A DNA stretch of 64,000 nucleotides from Raillietiella orientalis (GCA_036172245.1 JAYWIR010000082.1:124001-188000), one strand, 5' to 3'; shown: positions 38,421 to 51,819, numbered from the stretch's first letter. Numbers and translations are program-made. Notes: generated by a model not told the origin, from the sequence alone.

Positions 38421-41400
38421 GAAAAACCCACGCAGCCTGGTATTCATCAGATGCAGCTAAATTACAAGGAATCAGTGAAAACAAGAATGCTTTAAAATAC
38501 GTTTTCTTTCAAGCCTTTTTAAATTAGGGAATTGAGGAATCAAGGATATTTCTAATAAACGTGAAATCATGTGCTCAATTTAAAAAAAAAAAAGAAAAAA
38601 AACAGATCGAGTAAGGAGCTGGGAGAAGCGTAAAACGAAAGGTGAACCAAGGAAAGGGACATCAGATTTGAAAGGATTTGGAAGAAACCGCTCGCTGATA
38701 AGGAAGACAAACTAGATGCAAACTAGTTTGGACCAGAATGAAGAATGGATCTGAGATTCGGCAGCTGAAGACACCGAAACTGATATACTGATGGAGAGTT
38801 TGATGTCGAGGAGGAGCATCTCCGAAGGACGTTTGAAGGTCGTTTCTCAGGCAGTGGTGCTCGCGACATAAGAGAAAAAGTCGACTTTTGCAGCAGGAAT
38901 AGATTCTCCATTTCTTCGAACAGGAAACGCCTCGTGATGCGTACTTGTACCCAGGAGCTATTCAAAGAACAAAACGAGGAAAGAAGACGACCGTAATCCA
39001 GCTTCCCCACCAATTATCCAGTCAGCGCCGAATCAGCCGACAATCTCTTGATGACAGTCTCGGCAAGGCTACCAATGCTAGCAGAAGCATCTTCCATGCA
39101 TATCGAGCGCAAGTTTTCGGGGAGCGAAAACCCTTGTTTCTTCGATCCATGCTGCAGGGGGCTCGGCATTTTTCCAAATGGACTGCTCTCAGAAAACGAA
39201 TCCCTGATCATAGCGACCTTTAGGTCAACATGCCCTACTAATTGCATCTTTCTGTAAAAAGTGAACCTCAGGGGAGGTAAGAGCGAGACAGCTTTTTGCA
39301 TTAAAAAAATGACTGTTGAGAGATCCACGCATGAGGAAACACACAAAGGAAACACAGGTGTAAACCAGTAAGTGCATAAGACGAACAATTACCCCTGGAG
39401 AGTGTTCCATGGTTTTTCAGGTCAACCAGCGGCAAAGGGAATGACTTCAGCTACAATTAGGAGCCACTTGGATGCAATTTTCTCTCAACGGTCCAAATCC
39501 GAACTCAAGAAGGAAAAGAGCAGTTGGGTGCAGCAACCTAATGGATAGATAGAATGATAATCTCGAAACACGAAATTGTGCAAATAGTGTTTAGAAGATG
39601 ATTTCGTGTTGGTCCAATGGCTATTTCGGACTATCCCTGATGTGGGAAAAAGAAGACATTCAAATATCTCCACTTTATTGGAGGAATTGCTTGATACAAA
39701 TGGATGCTACACGAATCGTCTTTATATACTTCGTAGGATGTGTTTTATTTCTCAGTGAAAAACGGGAAATTCTCCAGAGACACTGGAGCCGAACTTCTCG
39801 ACGGATGATGCATGCGAAGGAAGAGCTCAGCGACGGAAAAAGACCGAGTCGTGATAAAACAAAGCCTTAGAATCATGGATTCCGTAGGAATTTCAGAGAG
39901 CTGAGAGGAAATTCCCTTCTTGCAGCCAAAGTGACAAGCAGCAGCAGGTTTTTGCCTTATGCATCTGGAGATTCCAGCTTCAATAATCCCTCCACGCCAT
40001 GAATATCGATCGCGTGTTTCCTTTCCTCGTCGACGACTGCCTTTCATTAGCCTGCGGAAGTGGGAAGTTCGCAAATCAGATTTATCATGGAAATTCAGAG
40101 GAACAGACACACACGGAATCTCTTCTCTCTTGCACTCTGCGATTCCGGTCGCTAGATGCTCCTCAAGAAGATACCGCAAATTGATCTCCACAGAATTCAG
40201 TGTTCATCTTTTCCTGGAATTTTGGAATGGTTTCGGAAAACTGATTGCCCAAGTTTTCTTCGTTTGTGGTTTCGAGGAAGAACACTCCTCCATCCTACAG
40301 TTGGTGTTTCTCTGGTCAAGTGCTCTCTCCCCAAGTTCACCTTGACAAATACACCTCCGGGATACATTTTGGGAGCGAACGGTTCCAAGAGAGAAGAAGC
40401 CCAGCATTGGGAACTTTTCAAAGACGTGCCTCGTGCAGCAACAAGGGCATCATCTCATTCTCAAACCATAACAGCTCGTTTCTAGACTGAATTCACAAAT
40501 ACCAACAGAGTCATCTGCAGCCGACTGATGGAATTCCAACAGAAATTCCTCCAAGACAGTGAGAGTTCCTATAGAGAGGGTGACAATGGATTGCGACGGA
40601 TAGGCTTTTCGAAAATGCACTTCCGTATGCTCTTGTTCTCAAGAGATGCGCGGCTGCATTGCCAGACGCACGTCATCTTCCCTCCGGAAGTGTTCTTTGA
40701 CAGCTCATTCAAAAGGTTGGTGTGCATTTTGACGCGCGCGCGCACACACATATGCACACATCCGTAATGGTAACCACACATGAGGTCCATTCAGCACGCA
40801 TGTTGTTTGAACACTTTGTTCCGAGGAATGAATCCGATGCCAAGTTGTCTTCTTCAAGAAAATCTGTCATTTCCATGTGTATTAATTCATTATAAGCAGA
40901 GCACCCTTCAGCTCCTTGTGCGATATTCAGTCATTCACAGTCATATCAGTTTGCTAATCACTTAATTTTCCAGTTGCTCAGAAGTGCATTTTTTTCCCTT
41001 TTTTCCTCAGAATCTTTATCAGAATGACTGTCTCCTTTCTGCTCTACGACGCGTTTGTGTTGGGAAAGATCCTCGAAACACATGCGTCATGGAGCTCCCA
41101 TGCTGCATCGCACGGGACCAAATGAGCATGCTTTCCTCTTTTCCGTACAACCAGCATCTGAGAACACACAAGAAAAGAACGTGGTTTGTCTTCTGACAGT
41201 GAATTCACGGGATTATGCGAATCCAACGCATCCAATCCAAATCAGGATCACCAAAAAATTACTTGATCTATGGACAGCATTCACACTTTGGTTGATTCGC
41301 GCTTTTTCACATACTTCATAAATCCCATCTTAGACATGAATCTTTTGTAATTGGTCCATCTTCCTCTCCTCCACCTTACAAGGTCTGTCCACATGAATGA

Positions 41401-42576
41401 CTGACTGCGTTGGTTTGCCATCAGTTCCGAAGATGAATTCTTCGACGAATTTCATTCGGATCAGTTTGAATTCCCAAGAAGAATGCGGCCCCAGACTACT
41501 CCAGAAGGACGCCTCTACTTCCAGACTACTTCGCAGTGCAAACATTTTGCAGCTTCTTCCCAAATCACCACTCTCTTTCATCCGCGAAGGAAAAAGTCGC
41601 TCCTGAATCTTAAAATCTCGGCCCTCCAGACAAGTCCGTGGCATCTCGAGATTCATTCTTTCTCTTTCCAGAGTCTGAGAATCGCAGTTGCAGATCGAGT
41701 TCTGCCCGACCTGATGGCAACGGTGATCCTCCTGAATGGCAAACAGCAGCAGTGGGACTTTTCTTGGAAGGCACTTTGAGAGGAGGAGATACATATCAAG
41801 GAAACACCCTCATCTGGAGATTCCCAGGAGCTTTCGGTTGCCGTCTCTCAACGCACTCTACCGAAAACACCGCTAACTGCCAAGGTGCGCGCTCACCCCC
41901 ATGCAGAATCCCCGTCATCTCGTGTGCGAGGATCTTTCCGCCAAAAGACGTGCCAACGTGTGGAGCGGAGCTACAGCCACTTTCAATGAGGGATACGTGA
42001 GCTTCACACGGCGTGCCTGTGAAGTACATCCCCAGTAAACCTTGGAGTCGGAAGAGGAAATGAGCACCCACAAGAGTGCTTGCAGGCCTGTGAACGGGCA
42101 CCCCACGACACAGTTATGCAGCATTCGATTTCGTTTCTGGAGATCAATCCAGGAACGGGAAACGCTAACGAATTCTTGCTGAAGGAGGGATCGTGCTCCT
42201 GCTGCAGATCTGCACAGGTCAGAGTTGGAAACGACAAACGGTAAGCGACGGGATGAACTCAGCACAGATCACGAGGGAAGAGAAAAAGAAAATCATTTTG
42301 TTTGCTCGCCCAATGGTTTTGGTCAAGATGTCTCTACTGAATTTCGTTTCCTAGGAGATCGCAAATTCATAAACGCATTCTAAACTGTAATCCGAAACGG
42401 GAACTATGAGTGCAGCATGAGATCCTTCATTTTCGTCCTGTTTTGCTCTTCATCTTACCTGTGAAAAGAGACGTGAGTTTTCCTCTTCTGTAGCAGGCCC
42501 TCGCAAGGCTCTTCTTCCGTCTAAAGGAATTTTACACTGCATATTTCTGAACGTGAATCCTGCACAAGCAAACACC

Positions 42577-43110
42577 ATGGTTGCCAAGGGAACGCGCGGA
42601 GCAGCCAAGATAACGAAGGCCAAATCGCCTACGGTGGCAAAAGGAGGGGGAAAAAAGGCGGACACGGAGCAGCAGGCGCAGAAAGACACGAAGGCAAAGG
42701 CGGGAGGGTTTCCTGTGGGAGTCGGACCCGGAGCTAACCCGGAAAGCATAGCCAAATACGAAGCCATTTACTTCTGGACCATCCTGGCGACCATCATCGG
42801 TGTGCTGGCCCTGTGTTTCTACTCGAGCTACAAGGATGCTAAGGAAAGGGATGAGGAAGAAACGCGGAGGTCCTCGAGAGGGAGGACAAGGACCTTCCGG
42901 TCGTTTAAGCCGGCATCCAGGCTGCAGGACATAAAGCTCGAGCTGAAGCACGAGATCGAGGACGATATGCGTGAAAAGGAGAAACTAACAGAAGAGCTGA
43001 AGGATGCTCAGAGCATCATCTCAACGCTGCAGTCGCAGCTCTGCCGGAACGACAGTGCCATCATCAGGCTGACTCATAGGCTGCAGCATCAGCAGGATAA
43101 CTTGTGCTGA
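42577..43110 (+). CDS. Uncharacterised 177-aa single-pass membrane protein with C-terminal coiled coil (intronless)
   Basis: ATG in strong context (AACACCATGG). Uninterrupted frame with visibly G/C-ending codons. K/A/G-rich N-terminus, hydrophobic AIYFWTILATIIGVLALCFYS, heptad-like LQDIKLELKHEIEDDMREKEKLTEELKDAQSIISTLQSQL. AATAAA at 43285-43290. No family recognised. Confidence 0.7.
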   Translation: MVAKGTRGAAKITKAKSPTVAKGGGKKADTEQQAQKDTKAKAGGFPVGVGPGANPESIAKYEAIYFWTILATIIGVLALCFYSSYKDAKERDEEETRRSSRGRTRTFRSFKPASRLQDIKLELKHEIEDDMREKEKLTEELKDAQSIISTLQSQLCRNDSAIIRLTHRLQHQQDNLC

Positions 43111-44479
43111 GAGACGCTCCCTAGGCTTCCTCGGAAGTGCAAGACTCTTTTGGGAGTAACTTTCCACTGGGAGCATCCCGTGCCTGAGAGGAGGCGGATG
43201 GTGTCGTCCCTGTGAGACAAACGCGTCCATCCTTCAGTGTCCTTCCGGGGAGGATGGGAAGGGTAGTGGGAAGAAGAGAAGAGAAATAAACCCAGGTTTC
43301 GTCCTCTCTGGAAGGTCTTCTGTTTCGCTGTCTTGGCGATGAGATTGGAAAAGAGAGTACTCTTCTGTTGGTCTGAAAATCCTTCAAGCATCAGAAGAAA
43401 AGGTGCCGTTCTGGGAAAGAATGTAGCTCTGCCCACTGCCATCCAATCGAGTTTTCCAGTCCGATTAATTCAGAAGCAGATCCTGCATCAGAGACGTGTA
43501 TGAAACACGAGAAAGTTTTTGCTGACGGCAAGATCGGTTTGCTCCTCGTGCCAAGTCCCTACAGACAAAGAAACCCAGTAAGGTGCCGTTAGGGTTCGTT
43601 AACACCGACTTTCGATAGGAGCATCTGGGAATTGCAGAACCAGCAACAAAAGGAGGAGGAGGAGGACAGTTTCGACGAGTTATCAGACAAGAGGATTGAG
43701 AGGGAGAGAGGTTCTTGTTATTCTTCCTCCTTCGATGTCCTTTCCACTCCAATGAAGGGGAGACTGATCCCTCACTGGAGCTATGGATTTCGAGGGCGCT
43801 TCCAAGCAAATGAGAAAGGGTCGGAAAAGCCATCCTGCATGTCGTGTCGATCTTTAATCCCTCAAGGAGTCTCCTTTAACTCTCTTCTTGCCGCGCTCCT
43901 TGTGCCTAGGTCAAAAATATCCCCAATGCGGAGAAGGTCTTCAATAGCCCTCATTGGGCGGCATCCTGGAAATCTTGAATGATGAAAGAGGCACGCATGC
44001 GATACGGAGGTGCCTTCTCATTCTCTCCCCTTCTATCCTTGATCCTCTCCGGAAAACTTCCAGCTCCAAGGTTCTTACAACTGAAGAAGCCATCCATGAA
44101 ATCATCCACTGCTGACTCTGATTTTCAGTCTGAAATGCGATACGGGAGATTCGACCTGATAGCCATCTCATCCCTGTGCCGTGTTCCTGACCTAGAGTTC
44201 ACACACCAGTCCCACAAGATGGCAAACCTTCCGGAGTACAAGAGAGGAGGGGCAAGTTTGTCTTCCTTGTCTTGCCAACCGCTTTCTAATATGCTAAACC
44301 GTCACGTGGGAGTTTACGTGAGGGGGGACTCCCCATCCTCAAACAGAGATAGGATTCCCGGGGGGCGACTGTGCTGCCCTAGCTACAGCAGTACTTCAGA
44401 CAAATAGTTTCGACGCAGTACCAGCTCCGCATAGACTGTGAAGCAGAAGGAGACACTTCTCCCAGAACCAATCGATTCC

Positions 44480-46200
44480 CTACCATTAGAAATTCCACCC
44501 TAACTTCTCGGCATCGGGGTAACTCTGGAAAGCGTTCCTTCCGCAGTGCACAGCGCGAGGAGATTGCAGCTCCATGCCATCGTAAAAGACGTCACCAGCA
44601 GCCTGATTGGTATCTGTGGCAGTTTGTAAGTGTCCATTCCTCCCAAATTTCAAATCGTCTGCCGATACTCGAGCCCAATGGCGTTGTCTCCTAGGTCTTA
44701 CTCTGCTAACCGTGCGAATCAACCGACATAGGTGCCGAATCAAGGAAACGAGCGATGCCTTCGCCACGTGCCTTCTAGCTATGTCTGCACTGTCGGTTTG
44801 TTTGTGCGAGCCTCATCCAACTCTAAGACCTTGAGAAAAATGCTGGTTATTCCTCAAGAAAAAGGAGAGGATGCAGTCTACTTTCCATAGTGAATTTAAC
44901 CTGTGGTTGCCTCTGAGTGCAGCGACGCCTGATGTAGTCAAGTGGAATCTGACAGATATCTCCATCCACTCTGCTAACACATGCTGAGTTCCTTCTCCAC
45001 ACTATGAGCCTTGTGTGTTTTCTGTCAGCCTCAAGGGCTGCTTTCAAGGTAGCCCTTGAAGAGTGGCCTGTGGTCCGATTTGTGTCTGATTTGTGTCACG
45101 TGTCCTATTTGTGTGATATATTGGTGCATAAACTCGTGCTATCCAGATTTTCTGCATGCATGCTGAGGAATTCTAGTTCCCTGAGCACCTCTCCGTTCCT
45201 TAGATCCACGCTCACAGAATCCTTCCAAGAATGCCCTCACTACAGTCGGTACTCCTCCGATGGAGAAAAGGGAAGACTGTTTCCAGTATTTGCTCTCTTT
45301 TTTTCCTTAGCATTCTTCTCCCAACGCTGTCACAGAGTTCTCACAAGGTCAAGAAATATCGAGCAAAATTCAACCCTTGTTCTGGAGTGCCAGATGCGGC
45401 TGAATTTTTGAGGTTGATCTCCGGTATTGGTCTGTTGAAAGTCATGAGTCCTTTCATGGACTCACTTCTCCAAATCGGTTTATTGAGTGCACTCCAGTGA
45501 TGGAAGGAGAACTGATCATGCAGTAACTGAAGATCATCACACCACGCATTGGCCGGACCAAACGCTATCTGCGCTGTTACTTGTTGATGCCATTGGTAAC
45601 GGTCACTAGCTTAGGTGGGCAGCATGCTTGAACCTATTATTAGAGATTCTTAGGTGATCCCTGATATGCAGATAGTGATTTCAAGCGTGATGCTGTCCAG
45701 TGCAAGCCATGGACTTCTCTTACCCCAGTTCTTCCCCAACAAGAATGCCATAATGGGACGCCAGTGCTCTGCAGACTTTTCCCGTGTGGGCTCTTCGTTC
45801 TCCATTTTCAATTGCCCTTGTTCAGAGGACCCAGTGCATTTGCCTTCGATGAGATGCTTGACGACCGTGTTTTCTACAGATACTTCGTACGTCTCTGCTT
45901 GGTCCTTCTGGATACAATACTGCACACGATCATCCCTAAGTCACCATTGCTTCTCCTGGAAATTCGTCTGGGGACGATAGCTGGATTCTTTTGTAGCCAC
46001 TGTGTATGGAACGTCCTGGAAAAAATTCGCAATGGTTTGAAGCGGCGACATCGGCAGCTTAAAGAAGTTGCCAATGGAGACATTTTTAGATTATGAAACT
46101 TTCTTCTTTAGGATCTCATTCTTTTATGTCTACTCTCCTCCTCATACTCATCATCTTGGAAAGAATCATCAATAAACAACCAACTGTCATCCATCTTTCA
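44480..46200 (-). mobile_element. Possible decayed piggyBac-like transposase
   Basis: Minus strand, in piggyBac order: acidic N-terminus (DDSFQDDEYEEE), KPLRIFSRTF..QYCIQKD, SVWS..SINRFGEV (MSRNRFEEI-like), LIVWRRNS (W.DN-like), DDLKFGRNGH / FYDGME..VHCG (lead-in to the Cys-rich domain). Many stops; no TTAA or terminal inverted repeats recognised. Confidence 0.3.
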
Positions 46201-48130
46201 TCACACTCATTAGAATGACTTCATAATTCATCCACCACAATTCATCCATTTTCAGAATTACCATCTATATACTAATATCTCAGGACTGGACTTAAAATCC
46301 ACACACAATATTTAGTAATACTCCCACTGCAAAATCGGTCTCTTCACCTGGAGCTTGACAAGGCTGAGACATCACTTTGAGCAGAGGGCACGTGGAAATT
46401 CGTTCGTTGCTTCGCTTAGATCTTTGAAGTTTTTACCCTCCATCGCGAACAGACCAACGATCCTTCTTTCGCCATTATCGGTGGATGGCCCCAGGTCGCT
46501 GATGTCATAACGTGGCATCGGTTTCAATCCCGATGACAAGCATCTTTTCGAGATGTTGTGGAAGCTTTCCTTCCTCCACTGTTCTCTTTTGGGTAAGGGG
46601 TTCCTACCTACTGAGGCTTCATCTGTCCTTTGCGATGCTGGGTCGTTCTCCGTGAACTTTCTCTTCTGTCTGTCCACCAGCTCTTGTGTGGTCAAGCGCG
46701 ACGGCACTTGCAGCGCGCCATTTGACGGTCTGCGTTGGACGCGATCACTGAGTGGCTTGGCTCGCTCCCGGCCGCAGCAGAAAACTCTAGAAAGTTCACA
46801 GAACCCCTGGATCCGCGAACAGGAACACCAAGGTGGCGTGCTTCTTCCGGAGTTGGACACCCTCGTGCCCTTCGCTGGCAGACTCCTGTTTTTCCGTCCG
46901 AGGAGCGCCCCTGTTTCTATCCAATTTGCTCCTCTCAGTGACCCTTTTCACCGTCTCACTGGTTCTTGAAGGTACTGTGCGGTTGAGCCTCCTGATCGAT
47001 TCTCGCCTGTTCCTTCTCCTGCCAGGGGAACGCACTACACCCTTCCTCCAGTCCGATAGGGTGGATTCATTCCCGCAGGATAGAATGAAGGGAAGAGTCT
47101 TTCCGGGGGTTCCTCTCGTCACAGGTCAGGAAAAACATTGTTCTGGTGTGGGACATATTCACAAGAAAGAGGCTGGGAGGGGGGAGGAGGTCACAGTCCC
47201 GACTGTTCCACTTTGCTGAGTTATCCTCTGGAGTCTTGGATTTTCTGCAGGCTGCAGTGTCTAGGCTGGAACTGTGCCGCATCCTCGAATGCCAATCTCT
47301 GCTTTTAGGAAACCCATCAAGATGTCCCGTACTGTCATCTGCACAGCTCTCTGGAGGTCCTCCTGTATCAGAGCATCTTTATCAGAAGGATGCTCCGATA
47401 CAGGAGGTGATGATTTTCTCTCACCATGGGGTTGCACAGGGGAATGTTTTCTTGACCCTCAAGAAGTTCTTGTAGAACTTCTAGCATGAGGAGTCTTCCT
47501 CGAACTTTCGTTCTTGTAGCTGCATTGCCTGTACTGCCTAAGAAGTGAGGACGATGGCAGGGAGGAAGAAAACCGTGATCCAAGACTGGGAACCTTGAAC
47601 CATCGGTAAGTATGGAGTTCATGGGCATCGGTAAGTATGGAGGTGCAAAGTTTTCTGTGGTGCTGCTTCTGTGGACATCGGAGTCTCCATCACTGAGATC
47701 TTCCGTCGAGTGTTGTAGCCTCGTGTTCCAAAAGATCCCTTCGTGACAGAACATTGCGAACTCGTCTTGGATCTCTGGCGGCCGGTCAGATCTAAGTAAG
47801 ACGGTCCTAATGGCTAGTAGGCTCAATGCAGGTTGCCTGAACTGCGCCCGCGTCAGTTTTTCGCTTCTTGAGCGGTGGTCTTCGTTGAAAGGTGCGCTTC
47901 CAGAACTCGAGGAACCACATTGGTCGTTTGCGAACTTTGTGCTTTCCAGGGCCCTCAGACGCTGTAGGAAGTTCACCCTTGCATCTGGCATTTCTACTGG
48001 AACCATTGCGCCCACGAAGTGCGCTCCGTGGATGATCCCAATGGTGGAAAATTGTTTGCAGTCCACAATAGCCCCAGATCTGCTCTCCTCTGGAGTCATA
48101 TTTCCGTGGTCCTTGGGACGCTTACGAAAA

Positions 48131-48901
48131 GTCAGTGCTATCGACCGTGTGGCTGCGGTCTCCGCGTGTGGCACCCGGTGTTGAGGGTTCGAATCCCCTC
48201 GTGGATGATTGGAAAATAGTTGCGTCGTGGGTTTCGGTTGCCCTCTCTTTCAGGATGACGTTGGCTGACGCATAGACTTCAAGGGCGGCATTGGTGAAAA
48301 TCCAATGCCTCCGTTGACTGTCCTGGATTGGAAGACGACTCTCCAGGGTCCTTCCAGGAATCAAGGTGCGCCGGTTTCATTCTGGGTTCCCTCCGTTGTG
48401 AAAACAAAACCGTCCTCCTGAAAGGGGAAGTACCTCCATTGCGTTTCATGGAGCTGGTTGATATCCCTCTAGAGTATGAAGTGCGCTGCTCCCTTCGGGG
48501 AGTCCTTTCAGAGAAATTTGGAAGCGCCCCTTTGGGGTTCTCTTCAGAGGAGGAAACAGTTCCCTTGCGGGTTCCTTTCAAAGAAGGAACTCAGGAGCAG
48601 ATCCTTTGCGGGAGGTCTCTCCGAAGAGAATAAGGAAGAAGTTCCCTTCAAGATTCCCTTTGGAGACAACCAGAGCGAGGGTTCGGAGTTCCCTATCAAG
48701 CGTAAGAGGAACGGACTCTATCCTCGGAGCGTTTCTGAATTCATGGACTGGTCCCTCCGGTGTTGCCCCCTACAACTTGGAGAAAGGCACGCACCCTCGG
48801 GTAGCGTAGACCAGTGTCAAAGAGCTTCGCAAGCCTTCCTTAAGGAGACGAACTGTTCTTCAGCACTTGGAGAACCAAAAAAGACAACCCGAAAAAAAAA
48901 A
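48131..48901 (+). mobile_element. tRNA-headed SINE-like repeat, copy 1 (full length)
   Basis: B-box GGTTCGAATCCC at 48186-48197, degenerate A-box upstream, internal ~40 bp subrepeats and an A-rich tail. Aligns end to end by eye with the reverse complement of 53286-54095. Confidence 0.75.
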
Positions 48902-49249
48902 GTGGGTCAACCATGGCCGGCTTATTGCTCCAGGGTGCTCCGCTCTTCTGGGTGATTTTTAATCAGAGGACGATTTCAATCAGTGATTTTCAATCTGACA
49001 AGTCCCCCTTCCTTTCTTAGCCAGGTCGGGTCTGCCTTCCTCTACTGTCCTGGTTTTCTGGACGGTTCTCGGTTCCGCTGTGCCATCTTGCTCACATTCG
49101 GTGGTACTTTGGAAACGTGCGTTTTCATTCGTCTCAGGTGGTTGGCGTGCCTGATGACCTGTTGCCAAATCCGGGGCCTGAAAGCGGCTGCAACTTCCCG
49201 CACTCCTTGCCTCCTTACGCTCTCTGCCGACAAAAACTATGGCGTTCCC

Positions 49250-49770
49250 CTAGGATTTTCCTTTCTTTCCCAAACAAGTCTTCTCTGGGAAACTGGCCAG
49301 ATGTTCAGTCACTTCCTCGGCGATGTGGCCGAACAGGAACTTGGATAGCCGCTCCGGTCGGCCTTCTCCTTCAAGGAGGAATTTTTCCCTCTGCGTCACA
49401 TCGCTTCCTGTCTGATCTTTATCGCGTACCTCCTTCGGGATTTGGCGACGTTTTTCCATCCCCCATGTGAACACGCAGACATTTTAACTGACCCACTATC
49501 CAGAACCCGCGGGAGAGGAGGATAATGGTATCAGGGGTTCCAATGGCAAGAAACTTGAGCTTCGCCGCCTTAATCCCGAGTCCAAACCTGTATTCCATGG
49601 CTCCCGCAATGGATCAAAATGTCTTCTTCTCTTTCTGGTCAGCCACGATGAAGAGTAGACGTTTCTTACTCTAAGAGCCTCATCAGCTGCCATCTCTTCT
49701 CCGGGCTGGTGCATCCGTTGATGTTCCAGGATGCTACCCTGACACCAGGAACTGTGCCATTCAGCGTTGT
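49250..49770 (-). mobile_element. L1/Tx1-like LINE ORF2 5' fragment (APE start plus linker)
   Basis: VRVASWNINGCTSPEKRWQLMRLL at ~49743-49672 is a canonical APE endonuclease start. Downstream FTWGMEKRRQ..DQTGSDVT resembles the pre-RT linker. Internally deleted; upstream sequence to ~51100 may be its ORF1. Confidence 0.6.
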
Positions 49771-51768
49771 ATAGCAGCGGTTTTGTTGGTTTTGACCGCC
49801 TTCCCACGTCTTCCTCTGGGAGATGGTCAGACTCCACCGATCCACTTTCCTGTGTCCCTATGGGGACGACTCTGCGGCAGGCCGTGCTGGTCATAGTTGT
49901 CGTCAGAGGTGGGTTCCGCGGGACTGCCCTCGTTCCTTGGGCCGTTGCCTACTGACAGCTGATTCTTTATCTTTAGCTCCCGTTCTAGAAGGACCGAGGT
50001 TTTTCTGTACCCCTTCCAAGGGGTTCCCTGAGCTCTTGTATCGTTCTGCTGTAGGACTTGCCCTTTCTGAGAACTATCCAGGACCACATGGTCTTCCCTA
50101 AATGGTCGATACGTTGCCGAGAGTGTACCAGAGAGTGTACCAGTTGCAGAGCTAATGGGAAGGGGATTCCTTCGCTCCGTGTCCGCGTCACGCTCTCAGG
50201 CAATAGCGCCGTTTCGCCAATGACTGCGTTGCTAGGCATCTGAGGTTTCGTATGGAGCCGCGGTGGAGCCTTGCCAGTGATGGTGTTGACTGGAGGACCG
50301 ACTATTTGGGGGCATAAACCCGCCTATTTTCTTGGAGGTGAGACAGTCTCTCCTGACGTGCCCAGCTGCTTCGCAGAAAAAGGCAAGAAATCCGCCAGGA
50401 GTGATTTCAAGAGAGAAGGTTGCGAGCCAAAAACTACTGGGAGAAGGGACTCCTAGAGGAACTTCCCCTTTCTTCTTAGAAAAAGGTAGGCAGGAAGACA
50501 GGCTCTTCCTTCCGCCAAACAAGGACAGGGGACACGGGTCAGCAACAGTAGGGGAGGATAGGAGGTGGGAGTCAGGAAGGCCGTGGGGGCCTGGTGGTGG
50601 TCATAGCAAGGGGGATGAGAAGGACCGCCTTCCGAGTTCCCTTTGAAACTCTAAAAAGAAATCCCCGTTCTATTCGCGTTCTGCTGCAAAGTAGAAGTGG
50701 CCTTGCGACGCCCCTCCCCGTCGCCAGCCACTCTACGCCACGACGTGTCGCGGGATGCATAGTACCCAAGGAGATCTTTTGAGCACCGCCGGGAACGAGT
50801 TGGACCATGGGAAGAACGGGACTTGCATAGTCAGTCAGTTGAGGCGCGGAGAGGAGGAACCTGAAGGAACGGGGGAATCTGAGCGAGTTTAATGCGCAGC
50901 TCTGGAGGGGTTGCAGCAGCCGGTGCAGCGCGCTGTACCTCGGAGCGCGCCAAAATCCTCGAGGCTTCGATTCTCGGGGCATCCAGAAAACGTTCTCTTG
51001 CTGTTCCGCGTGCTGAAATTCCCATCGTTCGGGAGGCGAACCGCTCCGCATCGGCGCACTCTCACGCGTTCCGGCGGGGGAAGCGGAGGGAGGAGGGAGG
51101 CACGCGCACACAGGAGTTCGCCACCGGTCTGGATCTCCCGGCAACTGATCGCGGCGGACCGCAGACTCACGGGATCCTGTCCCGGGAATTTTTTTTTCCG
51201 AAATGAGAACGGCCGTTGAGCAGGGGGTAGGGAAGCAGTGGGATCAGGTGGCATGGGTGCAGCTTCGCAGCCTCCTCCAGAGGATCGAAGGCTTCCCGTC
51301 TCGCACGAGGAGACGGTCAGGAGAAGCCCTACCGAAGAGTCTTCCCGGAGCTGGTGCTCCTGAAACTTCGAATGGAGGAGGCGACCCGAGCTCGACAGTC
51401 GTTTCCGGAAGACACGAGCATCCTAGAAAGAGCGGTCCGACTTCCATAGGGACTGCATCGCATTCGGTCACAGCACCGCGGCGTGCTCTTCGGGTTGCCG
51501 GATGTCAAAACTATTTTCTGAAGCCAGGCATTACCGTAAGTGGGGAGGCAAAAGATCCAAGGGTTCTCCTTCTCTAGAACACCCATATGCCTCAACTAGC
51601 GCCCTAATTAAGACAAGCTTCTGTGGCTGTACACGAGATGGCATCCCTTTGATCAGGCTACTCGTTTCACAAGTTGGCACGGAGGAGCGCGCCGGGGCGC
51701 CATCCAATACCTGGTGGTCAGGGCCGGTCTTCTAGCTCGGAGCTGTCCTTTTATCCGCTCCCAACAGG

Positions 51769-51819
51769 GCGCTGGAACTGTCCTTCTGACAGTTCCAGCG
51801 CTGGAACGGCGCTGGAAAC
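51769..51819. repeat. Perfect 14-bp hairpin overlapping a 16-bp palindrome
   Basis: gcgctggaactgtc (51769-51782), loop cttct, gacagttccagcgc (51788-51801). Palindrome gttccagcgctggaac at 51792-51807. Further gcgctggaact at 51809-51819. Confidence 0.9.

Noticed and set aside
31700..42300. Many 60-195 aa ORFs as a gene cluster or endogenous virus
   Set aside because: No recognisable domains, consistent strand or exon structure. It looks like decayed coding or repeat DNA; a translated profile search would be needed.
47368..48174. 268-aa minus-strand ORF
   Set aside because: Starts at a non-ATG codon inside the antisense SINE head; no recognisable domain.
48131..48205. tRNA gene (His-like GTG, perfect B-box)
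   Set aside because: No pairing acceptor or anticodon stems. It is the head of a longer repeat found in several copies, so it is treated as SINE-derived.
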